Part shown: one piece after another, positions 10,745-20,312 of the stretch | Position numbering within the stretch: the first letter of the stretch is position 1 | Layout of the letters: every line of letters starts with the position of its first letter | Assembly: GCA_963847185.1 (NCBI GenBank) | Contig: CAWJYV010000008.1 | Location: 576,001 to 640,000 of the forward strand | Direction of reading: 5' to 3' | From: an uncultured Methanosarcinaceae archaeon | GTDB lineage: Archaea; Halobacteriota; Methanosarcinia; Methanosarcinales; Methanosarcinaceae | Length of the DNA stretch: 64,000 nucleotides | Position numbers and translations under genes: made by a program | Notes under the pieces: generated by a model | Database searches by the model: none | What the model saw: the letters and a program-made list of their open reading frames with translations, nothing else | Told to the model about the DNA's origin: nothing

Positions 10745-11314
10745 ATGGATTCCATGAAATGCATTATCCTACCTGACAAATTTGATTATGATGGCAGCCA
10801 GATTTCTTCTCTTTGGGCGTACAACAGCTTTGGAGTGCAGGAAGATTCCATAGTAGTTTTCAGAGGGGTCTGCGACGTAAAAATAGAGCATATGATAGAC
10901 CTTGAAGACCGACGAGCAAACGAGTCAATATGGTCCGAAGATATGGTAAGTTTCATCATTGAACATTTCGATTCTACCGACCTGAAACTAATCTATGCAC
11001 GACAGCGTCTTTTTACGGCAGTTGTAAGAGAGTATCTTGCAGGAATTGGGGTGCAGACTTTAAGGGAAGGAGATGACCTCTTCCTTAAAGGAAAAAAACT
11101 GACAGTATCGATTGCCAGCACCTCGGCAGTTTCTCAGAAGATTCACTTCGGAATTAATGTCTCTCATGATATATATGGGAATATGAAAGAGGCTGGCATA
11201 GGAGAAGACGAACAGGTTGCAGACTTCATGCAGGTGATAGGGGAAACTTACGTCCGCGAGTTCGAGGACATAGAAAAGGATTTGAGAAAATCCAGACCTT
11301 TAGGAGTGGTATAA
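10745..11314 (+). CDS. DUF366 family protein
   Basis: YDGSQI, DLED, F.IEHFD, RQRL, REGDDL...KKLTVSIA, HFGINV; embedded in que cluster; exact start uncertain (10718/10745/10754). Confidence 0.8.
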   Translation: MDSMKCIILPDKFDYDGSQISSLWAYNSFGVQEDSIVVFRGVCDVKIEHMIDLEDRRANESIWSEDMVSFIIEHFDSTDLKLIYARQRLFTAVVREYLAGIGVQTLREGDDLFLKGKKLTVSIASTSAVSQKIHFGINVSHDIYGNMKEAGIGEDEQVADFMQVIGETYVREFEDIEKDLRKSRPLGVV

Positions 11315-12082
11315 ATGTCAGCTTCAAACCACACATTCGCTCCTATAAAAGAGATCTTCTGCTCGGTGCAGGGAGAGGGCCCTTATGTTGGTACAAGGCA
11401 GGCTTTTGTCCGTTTTTCAGGCTGCAATCTCAACTGCAACTACTGTGATACCAATTATGCAGATCCCGGAACCTGCGATTATGAAAAGATAGAAGGAAGC
11501 GGCATTTTCGAAAAGATTCCAAATCCTGTAAACGTCGAGAAGCTGGAAGAGATGCTACAACCCTTTAAAAAACTCCACTCAGTATCCCTGACAGGAGGAG
11601 AACCTCTCCTGCATGCAGAGTTTATCGAAAAGCTGAATTTGTCCTCTCAACTTTACCTGGAATCCAATATGACCCTGCCTGAACAGGCGAAAAAACTGAG
11701 TGGAAAACTCACTTATGTGTCCGGAGATTTCAAACTTCCAGAAGCTATGAGGAAGATCAGCCCTGATATGCAAGAGGTCCATGTGGAAAATACAATAGAG
11801 TGTTTCAGAATCTTGAGAAAAAACGATTCAAGAGATTGCTTTTGCAAAATAGTTGTAGGCAGGGATACAAAATTCGAAACCGTTATTCAGGCAGCAGAGA
11901 CTATAGTTCCTTACGTATCCTGTGTTATACTCCAGCCCGAAACACCAGTTGGCACTGTGATAAAAACTCCGAGATTTACGCAGGCATCCATACAGAAAAT
12001 CCTGAGACTGCAGAAAAGTCTGCTTGAATTGACAGACACAAGAATCATTCCCCAGACCCATAGAATGTGGGGATGTTTATAA
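11315..12082 (+). CDS. queE: 7-carboxy-7-deazaguanine synthase (radical SAM)
   Basis: EIFxSVQGEG, CNLNCNYCDT, TGGEP, PQTH. Confidence 0.92.
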   Translation: MSASNHTFAPIKEIFCSVQGEGPYVGTRQAFVRFSGCNLNCNYCDTNYADPGTCDYEKIEGSGIFEKIPNPVNVEKLEEMLQPFKKLHSVSLTGGEPLLHAEFIEKLNLSSQLYLESNMTLPEQAKKLSGKLTYVSGDFKLPEAMRKISPDMQEVHVENTIECFRILRKNDSRDCFCKIVVGRDTKFETVIQAAETIVPYVSCVILQPETPVGTVIKTPRFTQASIQKILRLQKSLLELTDTRIIPQTHRMWGCL

Positions 12083-12176
12083 TCACGATTTATAATCACA
12101 ACAAAATACAGAGTGATGAAAAAAGGGATGAAGGTTTAAACGAAAAAAAGATTTTAACTGAAATGAGGTATGAAAA

Positions 12177-12527
12177 ATGGTAAAAATGAGACTTGGAGTT
12201 ATTGATCACATTGATAGTGCCCATTATCTTCCAGGGCACGGCAAATGTGGAAGAATGCACGGCCATACATATAAGATCGAGGTTGTAATAGAAGGGGAAG
12301 TACAGGAAAACGGGATGGTAATCGATTTTTACGATCTGAAAAAGGGAATTAAAAAAACCCTTCAGGAGTATGACCATACTTTATTGAACGAATTAATAGA
12401 GTTCCCCAGTTCCGAACACCTCTGCCAGCACATCCACTCAAAACTTCTGGAAATGTTTGGTTTTCCTCTAAAGGTAAGAGTCTGGGAAGGGGAAGGAAAA
12501 TGGTGCGAAATGGACAATTTCTCATAG
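12177..12527 (+). CDS. queD: 6-carboxy-5,6,7,8-tetrahydropterin synthase
   Basis: AH..CGRMHGHTY, GMVIDF, DHTLLN, PSSE, VWE. Confidence 0.92.
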   Translation: MVKMRLGVIDHIDSAHYLPGHGKCGRMHGHTYKIEVVIEGEVQENGMVIDFYDLKKGIKKTLQEYDHTLLNELIEFPSSEHLCQHIHSKLLEMFGFPLKVRVWEGEGKWCEMDNFS

Positions 12528-12834
12528 TAAAAATTTAAAATCGTGGCTATTTATGATTTCCTGTGAGAAATATTACAGGAAAGAATATAAGAAAGAACAC
12601 ATGAAAGAATATGATGTATCGTGTTGAATATTATATAATTAGAGAAATTTTAATATCTGGTGTTTAAGACTTGAAATTCACAGGAATTCCAGTAAAAAAT
12701 CTTGATACATATTTGAGATACTGAAAGATTCCACAATCTATATCAGGGGCTACATCATAGGTTGCGATAGACATTCTAAAGCTCCTGTACTGAGGTCCTG
12801 CTGTATATTAAAACTCCGAACGGAGGAGAAAACT

Positions 12835-13806
12835 TTGCCAGAAGAAGACAATCCTATAAATGAGACCTATAACGGCCCTATGTTTGACGAAGAACTCCTG
12901 AGAAAGATTGCCGGGCATCCCTGTTATGATAAGAAAGCCCAGCATAAATACGGGAGAATTCATCTGGCCGTAGCTCCGAAATGCAATATCCAGTGCAACT
13001 TCTGCGTCCGGGAATTTGATTGCGTAAACGAGAGTCGTCCAGGGGTTACAAGTAAGGTTTTGAGTCCACAGGAAGCCCTTGAGAAGACAAGACAGATCGT
13101 GGCAGACTACCCGTTTATTAAGGTTGTTGGGATTGCAGGCCCCGGAGATCCTCTGGCTAATGATGCAACCTTTGAAACCTTTGAACTTATAAAAAAGGAA
13201 TTTCCGGACCTCACCCTTTGCATGAGTACAAACGGGCTCTTGCTCCCTGAAAAGCTGCAGGATCTCATCCGCGTGGGAGTTTCCACACTAACTGTGACAT
13301 TAAATGCAATAGACCCCGAGATTCAGGCAAAAATAGTGAACCATATAGTCTATCACGGGAAGGTCTACAGGGGAATCGAAGCTGCAGAAATTCAGATAAA
13401 AAACCAGCTTGATGGCATCAAAGCAGCTGTTGATGCGGGTATGGTTGTAAAGGTTAATACTGTGCTCATCCCGGGTATCAATGACAAGCACGTAGTTGAG
13501 ATTGCCAGAAAGATCAGCGAACTTGGCGTTTACATAATGAACGTAATGCCTCTGATCAACCAGGGAGTTTTTGCAAACATTGAACCTCCTACGGCAGAAG
13601 AAAGAAAAGCTATCCAGGAAGCTTGCGAACCTTATGTTATGCAAATGCGCCACTGCAGGCAGTGCAGGGCTGATGCTTATGGTCTCCTTTCCCAGGATAT
13701 GTCCCAGATGAGCGAAGAGAGAAGAAAGCTCATAAAAATTCAGTCAAGAGAAGATATGGAAAGAGCAAAAGAGATTCTTGGCAAGAACGGAAAAGGAAAA
13801 GCCTGA
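12835..13806 (+). CDS. nifB: NifB radical SAM protein (single domain, no NifX fusion)
   Basis: HPC, CNIQCNFC, ESRPG, AGPGD, TNG, CRQCRADA. Confidence 0.9.
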   Translation: MPEEDNPINETYNGPMFDEELLRKIAGHPCYDKKAQHKYGRIHLAVAPKCNIQCNFCVREFDCVNESRPGVTSKVLSPQEALEKTRQIVADYPFIKVVGIAGPGDPLANDATFETFELIKKEFPDLTLCMSTNGLLLPEKLQDLIRVGVSTLTVTLNAIDPEIQAKIVNHIVYHGKVYRGIEAAEIQIKNQLDGIKAAVDAGMVVKVNTVLIPGINDKHVVEIARKISELGVYIMNVMPLINQGVFANIEPPTAEERKAIQEACEPYVMQMRHCRQCRADAYGLLSQDMSQMSEERRKLIKIQSREDMERAKEILGKNGKGKA

Positions 13807-13865
13807 AAAGAATAATAGTTTCAGTGTAATAGAAAGGAAGAGCCGTGGGAATTGAAAAAAGCTCT

Positions 13866-13920
13866 AAAATCAGAGACCTGATAGGCGGAGTAAAGTACTC
13901 CGCTTCTCAGACTGATTTTT
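13866..13920. terminator. long imperfect hairpin between convergent nifB and ferredoxin
   Basis: GCGGAGTA-aag-TACTCCGC core (13885-13903), extended by AAAATCAG/CTGATTTT. Confidence 0.55.
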
Positions 13921-13926
13921 AAGACT

Positions 13927-14103
13927 TTACTCGATGGTGATTGCCCCGTTAGGGCAGGCATCTTCACATGCACCGCAGTCAAGGCATTCATCTTCATCTA
14001 CAACTGCAATATCGTCATCGCTGAGGGAGATCGCAGCTGCAGGGCATTCGTCTACACAGCTTCCGCAGCCTGTGCAGGAGTCTGCATCTATTTTTGCTAC
14101 CAT
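13927..14103 (-). CDS. 2x[4Fe-4S] ferredoxin
   Basis: Two CxxCxxCxxxCP motifs; AAGGAG RBS upstream of ATG 14103. Confidence 0.93.
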   Translation of the reverse strand: MVAKIDADSCTGCGSCVDECPAAAISLSDDDIAVVDEDECLDCGACEDACPNGAITIE

Positions 14104-14139
14104 TTTTTTCACTCCTTATTTATCAGTAAGAGACTTTTA

Positions 14140-14226
14140 TCGATTTGAAAATCGTCTTTCGATTTGAAAATCGTCTTTCGATTTGAAAATCGTCTTTCGA
14201 TTTGAAAATCGTCTTTCGATTTGAAA
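14140..14226. repeat. 19-bp perfect tandem repeat, about 4.6 copies (TCGATTTGAAAATCGTCTT)
   Basis: Units start at 14140, 14159, 14178, 14197, with a partial unit at 14216. Confidence 0.95.
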
Positions 14227-14605
14227 TCATATTAAGTAGGCATATTAGGAGAGGATAATTTAATAAAAAGTTGTCGCTTCTTTTTCAAAGAATAAAGAAA
14301 AAAGGGATAAAGGGTAATCTGAACAGGTACTGATTAAAGTATCTAAGGATATTTATTGTAGATGATAAGAAGACACCTGAGGTTTAAAGATCAGGTTTAT
14401 AATTCTGGTGTTTATTATCATTAGCTCGTAAATGATCACTATTAATATGAATTTCTACTACTAATATGAAATTCGTATACAACCTTTCATGAGTTGTCAA
14501 TTCAGTAAGTTCGCTATAGTACTTGATCATGAATATCGCTGGATTGCTACTTGATAATGTAATTATATACTTTCATATCAATTAAAAACAATAGGAAGCC
14601 TGACA

Positions 14606-15586
14606 TTGAACCTTGAAGAGCTCGCAGAAGGGATAAAAAACTTTGAAGGGGTTACCCGAAAAAAACAGATTGAAGATATTGTTTCAATATTCGAAGCCGT
14701 CCGCCCTGAATATCAGAATGCAATTGTCGATTTTGGAGATGACGCAGCAGTTATCGATATAGGAGGAGATGACGTTATCCTCTTTGCAGCAGATGGAATG
14801 TGGGGCAGGTTGCTGGATGCCAGTCCATGGTGGGCAGGGTACGGAGCTGTAGTTGTTAATGTGAACGATATCGCAGCAATGGGTGGAAGACCCCTTGCTA
14901 TGGTAGATATAGCCTCCTCAAGTTCTCCAGAAGCATGCAGGGAAATGATGGAAGGGCTTGCTGAAGGAATCAGAAAATTTGGAGTCCCGGTTGTAGGCGG
15001 GCATGTCCATCCTGACACAGAGTATAATTCTCTCTCGGTTGCTATTATTGGGATTGTAAAAAGGGATTGTGTAATCCGAAGTGACACAGCAAATCCCGGA
15101 GATATGGTAATTGCAGCCTACGATATGGATGGAAAAATAGGGCCAAATTCTCCTTACAGCTGGGATACGACGTCCTTCAAAGAAGCCGCAAAAATCAGAG
15201 AAACCTACCTTGTAACCCAGGAAATAGCAAATAGAAAACTTGCAACTGCAGGCAAAGACATAAGCAATCCTGGACTAATAGGAACTCTTGGAATGCTATG
15301 TGAGACGAGCGGTGTTGGAGCGTCAGTAGATCTGGAAAAAGTCCCGAGACCTGAGAATGTGGACTTTGAACAGTGGCTGAAAATCCACCCAGGCACAGGT
15401 TATGTTTTTACTGCAGCTCCTGAAAAGGCGGAAGAATGTGTAAAAGTCTTCGAAGACTTCGGACTTACAGCCGCAGTTATAGGAACAGTAGAAGAAGGCT
15501 CGAAACTGGATATCTACGATAAACTACATAGAGTAACCGTTTTTGACTTTTCAAAAGAAAATATTACAGGCATTGATTCCAAATAA
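14606..15586 (+). CDS. methanogenesis marker protein 2 (AIR synthase/PurM-like)
   Basis: GDDAAVI, VNVNDIAAMGG, GGH, KDISNPG. Confidence 0.85.
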   Translation: MNLEELAEGIKNFEGVTRKKQIEDIVSIFEAVRPEYQNAIVDFGDDAAVIDIGGDDVILFAADGMWGRLLDASPWWAGYGAVVVNVNDIAAMGGRPLAMVDIASSSSPEACREMMEGLAEGIRKFGVPVVGGHVHPDTEYNSLSVAIIGIVKRDCVIRSDTANPGDMVIAAYDMDGKIGPNSPYSWDTTSFKEAAKIRETYLVTQEIANRKLATAGKDISNPGLIGTLGMLCETSGVGASVDLEKVPRPENVDFEQWLKIHPGTGYVFTAAPEKAEECVKVFEDFGLTAAVIGTVEEGSKLDIYDKLHRVTVFDFSKENITGIDSK

Positions 15587-15708
15587 TCGGAATCTTCCTG
15601 CTTGCTCTGTTGCGTGTGGGTGCTTTTGTTGAAAAATGATTATTGTGCCATAAAACAGTTATTTAAACCGATATTTCCGGGTTAGTCCTGATTCTCAAAT
15701 TAACATGA

Positions 15709-16017
15709 TTACTGGGTTTCAATCCAGGCCTTCATTTCCTCATAGAGAAATTGTTCAGCAGCCTGAACCTTTTCAAGAGGGCCACGCAGAGCAAGGAGTT
15801 CTCTTTCTTCACTGTTTGCAACACCTACAAACATCTTCCTGGTTACAGGTTCGAGACCAAATTCTTCCACGATATCGTAGATAATTGATACAACGGTGCC
15901 AGGGGGGATTATTAAATCGTACAGCTTCTCTGTTACCAGGGCTTCACCTGTCTCCATATTCTCTTTTTCAACCTGCTTTGCAGCAATTAATTCTTCCAGA
16001 TTCAGTATTTTGTGCAT
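15709..16017 (-). CDS. hypothetical protein
   Basis: 102-aa ORF with GGTGA RBS and protein-like composition. Confidence 0.7.
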   Translation of the reverse strand: MHKILNLEELIAAKQVEKENMETGEALVTEKLYDLIIPPGTVVSIIYDIVEEFGLEPVTRKMFVGVANSEERELLALRGPLEKVQAAEQFLYEEMKAWIETQ

Positions 16018-16425
16018 ATTAAGATCACCTTTCTTATTTTTTATATAGCAGCTTTCAAAACCTGTAAGACAAGAAAGCTATTTCAGATCAAATCAAGCGG
16101 ATAGGTTGAGATAAATATTTTATAGATATGTCAAAAATGTGCTCAGACATATCAAAGTAATTAGATAGATCAAGTAAAATAACCAGATATGATAAGTAGT
16201 TAATTACTTATTTTTTTTATATAAACTTATAAGCATGATTGTATTTATGACTGCTTCTATGACCACACTAAAATATAGAACAAAAGCATGATTATATACA
16301 TAATATAAACGTATAAACAAAAGATAATAAAAATAATAAAAGCAAAGATATAATCAATTTTGTTTCAATTTTTGTTTTTTTGAGTACCCGATTTAAAGAA
16401 CGTGTATTTATTGGGGGGAAGATGG

Positions 16426-16704
16426 ATGACAGTTAAAATTCAATGGGAAATCTACACAGCAGAAGCACGGAGCGACGGCACATGGAAGTCGAACAGCCCG
16501 ACCCTGGAGGAACTGCTCAATGCCATAGCGGGTCCGGAAAAGATCAAAGAGCCTACCAAGGACATTACGTATTCTATGGCTCGTCTGGCTATCAGAGGAC
16601 TGCCATACTTTAAAATAGCCGATATTAGCTCAGAACCGCAGGGGAAAAAAAATTCCCGAAATCAATATGTTAAAAACGCCAGTTGCAAAGCAAATCCAAT
16701 ATAA
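16426..16704 (+). CDS. hypothetical protein
   Basis: GGGGGG RBS before ATG 16426; more GC-rich than flanks. Confidence 0.5.
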   Translation: MTVKIQWEIYTAEARSDGTWKSNSPTLEELLNAIAGPEKIKEPTKDITYSMARLAIRGLPYFKIADISSEPQGKKNSRNQYVKNASCKANPI

Positions 16705-17014
16705 AAAAGAACATTGGATGCAGGGCTAGATAAGACTTTTAAAACCACATTGATTAGTCATTATAATCCAAGAAGTATTCACACTTATATTATTCCAATA
16801 TTACTTCAGATCCTCTAAACCTGGGGAATATAGAAGATCTGTACTCCGGTTTATAAATCAATTCTCTTGAGAGCAGGAAAACGCACTCGTATAATACAGG
16901 AACCAAATACCATTGGCAAATATTCCATATTAAGAAATAGTGTCATTTGCCTGATTTGCCTGTATAAAGATTATTTTGAGTGAGTTTAGTGCCGACTCTG
17001 CAAACTGGTCCTTC

Positions 17015-17171
17015 TGAGCGAAGTAAAAAAGGACATTACTCCAGATACGCAATTCGGAACGGAAAATCTACACCTTGATAATTTAACTCTCTTGGGGAAA
17101 GTATTACTCTAACTATAAGTTAATCTGCTTGAGCGAAGCGAAATGGACAGCAGGTTCCAGAAATGCAATTC
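17015..17171. repeat. two diverged copies of a ~40-bp intergenic repeat (TGAGCGAAG...GGACA...CCAGA..GCAATTC)
   Basis: Copies at 17015-17055 and 17130-17171; first lies in a GTCCTT/AAGGAC hairpin. Confidence 0.65.
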
Positions 17172-17238
17172 TAGAAAGGACTTTATTGGTCACAAAAGCT
17201 TTTTTAAATAATCTTCCTATGATTAATAGGGGAACTGA

Positions 17239-17469
17239 ATGCCATATCGAAATAACTCCGAACTACCAGAAATGGTCATAAATAATCTTCCAGAGCACGG
17301 ACAGGATATTTACAGAAAAGCTTTTAATAATGCATGGGAGGAATACAAAGAACCCTCAGAAAGAAGGGGAGATGAATCAAGGGAAGAAGCTGCACATAAA
17401 GTTGCCTGGAGTGCAGTTAAAAAAGTTTATGAGAAGGATTCTAAAGGTAATTGGGTAAAAAAGAATTGA
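17239..17469 (+). CDS. chaB: ChaB family protein
   Basis: MPY...LP...LPEHGQDIYRKAFN.A, EEAAHKVAWSAVKK.Y. Confidence 0.9.
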   Translation: MPYRNNSELPEMVINNLPEHGQDIYRKAFNNAWEEYKEPSERRGDESREEAAHKVAWSAVKKVYEKDSKGNWVKKN

Positions 17470-17478
17470 GCACAAATT

Positions 17479-17611
17479 CATTTGGATTCGGTTAAGGAAC
17501 AAAAAGGTCAAAAAATGCTATTTTTATGCAACATCTAAGAGAATTCTTTTGGAAAATCACTACATGTGGTATTCGAAGTTGTGCATAAAATTCGTTAACC
17601 GAATCCAAATG
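17479..17611. mobile_element. 133-bp MITE with 17-bp TIRs and 10-bp target-site duplication
   Basis: TIR CATTTGGATTCGGTTAA (17479-17495) / TTAACCGAATCCAAATG (17595-17611); DR AGCACAAATT at 17469-17478 and 17612-17621. Confidence 0.9.
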
Positions 17612-17911
17612 AGCACAAATTTTATGTCCTCACAGGTTAATTTACTAATTTCTTATTTTTTATTTTTCTGTATTTTTCTGTATTTTTTCTGTATTTATCT
17701 GAACTTTTTATTTTGACTTCCTTTCAAAGATTTTTAGTTTAAACGTGTTCACATTAAAACGACATATTCCTTAAAAGATACTCAATGTTTTTAAAAACCA
17801 AATAGAAGCTTCAAGTGTTGAATGGGCAGATGTGGACAAAAAGTAAACTGTAACACAAAGTTTTATATGTTTAGGTCTTTTAGATTATATATTTAAGTGG
17901 GTGGTAAGAGT

Positions 17912-18052
17912 ATGAATCTTTTATCAATGTTAATAAGGGGCGGTTGCAAATATAAAACATCGTGCTCTCAGTTTCAGCAAAGAGGAAAGTATTGTGAGGG
18001 ACTAGATTATCCAAAGTGTGGATTATTTTTGAAAAAGAAAAGAAGACTATAA
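17912..18052 (+). CDS. 46-aa Cys4 small protein (below ORF-track cutoff)
   Basis: MNLLSMLIRGGCKYKTSCSQFQQRGKYCEGLDYPKCGLFLKKKRRL; GGGTGG RBS and TATA-like boxes upstream. Confidence 0.6.
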   Translation: MNLLSMLIRGGCKYKTSCSQFQQRGKYCEGLDYPKCGLFLKKKRRL

Positions 18053-18158
18053 ATCTCTTTATATCATCTTAAATGTAAATAGGTCTGACTCAGTTATTGT
18101 CTAATGAACCCAAAATTATTAAACTTACAAAGTTTATTACCTTTAGTTTATACTATAT

Positions 18159-19034
18159 TTGGGAGCCGGCATCTTGATCCGGGTGAGATTTTTAAAACTG
18201 CTGATTCTATTTCTTTTTATATTAATTAGTACCGGATGCATAGATAGTGACATCAAGAAAAACGATTCTGTTTCAGATTCAAATCCTGAAGGGCTAGTTG
18301 TCAAGGATGTAAAGGAAGAGAGGAATAATCCTCTGCAAGACGAGACGGGATCAGGAGCAGAAAAGGAAGTGATGGGGAATGAGAGTCCTACAGATAATAC
18401 AAATTTTGTCTCTCCAGGTATACCTGATGTTCCGGCTTATCCCGAAGAAGAATCAAATATTGTTTATCAAAAGGAATACAGACTGTTATCTATTAATTTT
18501 CAGCGGGCAATAAAATCAGGAAATGAGGAGATTGCAGCCGAAGTTTTTAATATCACCGGAAAAACCTCAGGATACAATATAAAAGATGCATGTGATGTTT
18601 TTGATTTTGTAAACAGACGCTGGCAGTACCGCAATGAAAAAAATGCCGAGTTTTTCTTCGGAGCTTCCCAGACCATCAAAGAAGGGTATAATGGTGACTG
18701 TGACGACTACTCCATAGTTATATCCTCGCTTTTGAGAAGTATGGGATTCAATACGAGAATTGTTACTGGAAAAAGTGGGGATTACGGGCACGCATATCCC
18801 GAACTTTATATAGGAAGTGACCAGGAAACTGCATACGAGATTCTGAGCTATGTAAAGGAAAGATACTCGTATTCCGAAAATATCTGGTATTCAAATAAAA
18901 AACTCGAAGAAGGAGAAACTCAATACTGGCTGAATTTTGATTGGAGCGGATCAAATGGCTACAGACACCCTGGAGGAGAATATTTCGAAGCTGTTGAAGC
19001 TATATACTATCCAAATGGGTTGATTGAGTTCTGA
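18159..19034 (+). CDS. transglutaminase-like domain lipoprotein
   Basis: Signal peptide with ISTGC lipobox; GDCDDY, GHAYPE, downstream Asp (NFDW). Confidence 0.8.
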   Translation: MGAGILIRVRFLKLLILFLFILISTGCIDSDIKKNDSVSDSNPEGLVVKDVKEERNNPLQDETGSGAEKEVMGNESPTDNTNFVSPGIPDVPAYPEEESNIVYQKEYRLLSINFQRAIKSGNEEIAAEVFNITGKTSGYNIKDACDVFDFVNRRWQYRNEKNAEFFFGASQTIKEGYNGDCDDYSIVISSLLRSMGFNTRIVTGKSGDYGHAYPELYIGSDQETAYEILSYVKERYSYSENIWYSNKKLEEGETQYWLNFDWSGSNGYRHPGGEYFEAVEAIYYPNGLIEF

Positions 19035-19398
19035 AGCAGATGAAACCGGAGTTTCCCAAATCATTTATTCCTGCATAAAAGGCAATACCTTCTTGCAATG
19101 ACTCAGAGAGTGAAAAAGAAGTAGATTTAGCCTACTGCAATTGCTAAGTTAATTTTTGAATGTTTTTTTTGAGTACAGGTACATGTGGATGTTAAGAGTT
19201 AACCTGTAGACCCGTGACTAAAAATTCGAGGAGTATATAAGAAGTTCACTTACTTTAATTCATATAAATCACCTTACAGAGACACATTTTTAACTAAATG
19301 ATTACGATTAACTTTATATTGTCATACCCCTACCCTCTTTAACAGGCAATCTTGTAAGAAAAACCTGACAATTTTTTACAAGAAGGGGGAATTTTATA

Positions 19399-19848
19399 TT
19401 GATGACTGATTTTGGAGAGCTTGTTAGAGGCGATAGGGTAAGGGCAAATACGCCTCCAGAAATTAACCAGGCAATTGATATGGAAATAGCTGCAACTGTC
19501 CGGTATTATGCAAGTAAAACCAACTACGAAATTGGGAAAAGAATCAAAGAGCTTGATATGGAGTGGGACATCGAACGTTATCTTGAAGCTAATGCAGCTA
19601 TATTTTCTTTTATAGGAGCTGTGTTAGGTTTTAAACGGAGTAAAAACTGGTTTATTCTACCTATTTTAGTTGCGATTTTTTTGCTTCAACATGCAACACA
19701 AGGTTGGTGCCCTCCTATGGCCATATTTCGAAGAATGGGTATACGCACAAGACAGGAGATCGAAGTGGAAAAATATGCATTAAAAGCTTTGTGTAGAAAT
19801 GTCTTGTCAGGCGTTGTTCAGGAAAAACCACTGGGAACACAAATCTGA
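19399..19848 (+). CDS. DUF2892/YgaP-like membrane protein
   Basis: EWDIERYLE, two TM helices, QGWCPP, GIRT..EI..E. Confidence 0.75.
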   Translation: MMTDFGELVRGDRVRANTPPEINQAIDMEIAATVRYYASKTNYEIGKRIKELDMEWDIERYLEANAAIFSFIGAVLGFKRSKNWFILPILVAIFLLQHATQGWCPPMAIFRRMGIRTRQEIEVEKYALKALCRNVLSGVVQEKPLGTQI

Positions 19849-20312
19849 ACTTTCCAGCTCAATATGGAATGAAGCAACAAATAAAAAAAATAATTGATTT
19901 TTACAGTAAAATAAACCAGATAGTAATTAAATCTTGATAATGAAAAGATGAGGGAAATCAAAATTTCCCACCTTATTTTTTCAATGTTCTTAAAGTACTC
20001 CACAGTACCTGTCCCTATATTAAAAATCAAAGATAATCGGACAACAATGGCTTTTGCTAATATTTTAAACAGGGCCGGGAAAGTATGTTTGGTATAAATT
20101 CCTCAAGAATATATACCACTTATTTTAAATGACTCACCTAATATCATTTTTTAAAGAGGGATATGAAGTTAGTTTTATAAATATGACTAGATCATGATAA
20201 AAGTACTAAAAAGACAGAATTTGCTTAGGGGATAACAGAAAACAGATAATTGCACCTTAGCATGCCTGACGCGACAAACAAAGTGAGCTCTTATTATCGG
20301 AGAATGTTCTAA

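Noticed and set aside
12525-12530. Pyrrolysine read-through of the queD amber stop
   Set aside because: TAG is immediately followed by TAA and the protein is already complete
14140-14226. CRISPR array
   Set aside because: 19-bp head-to-tail units without spacers
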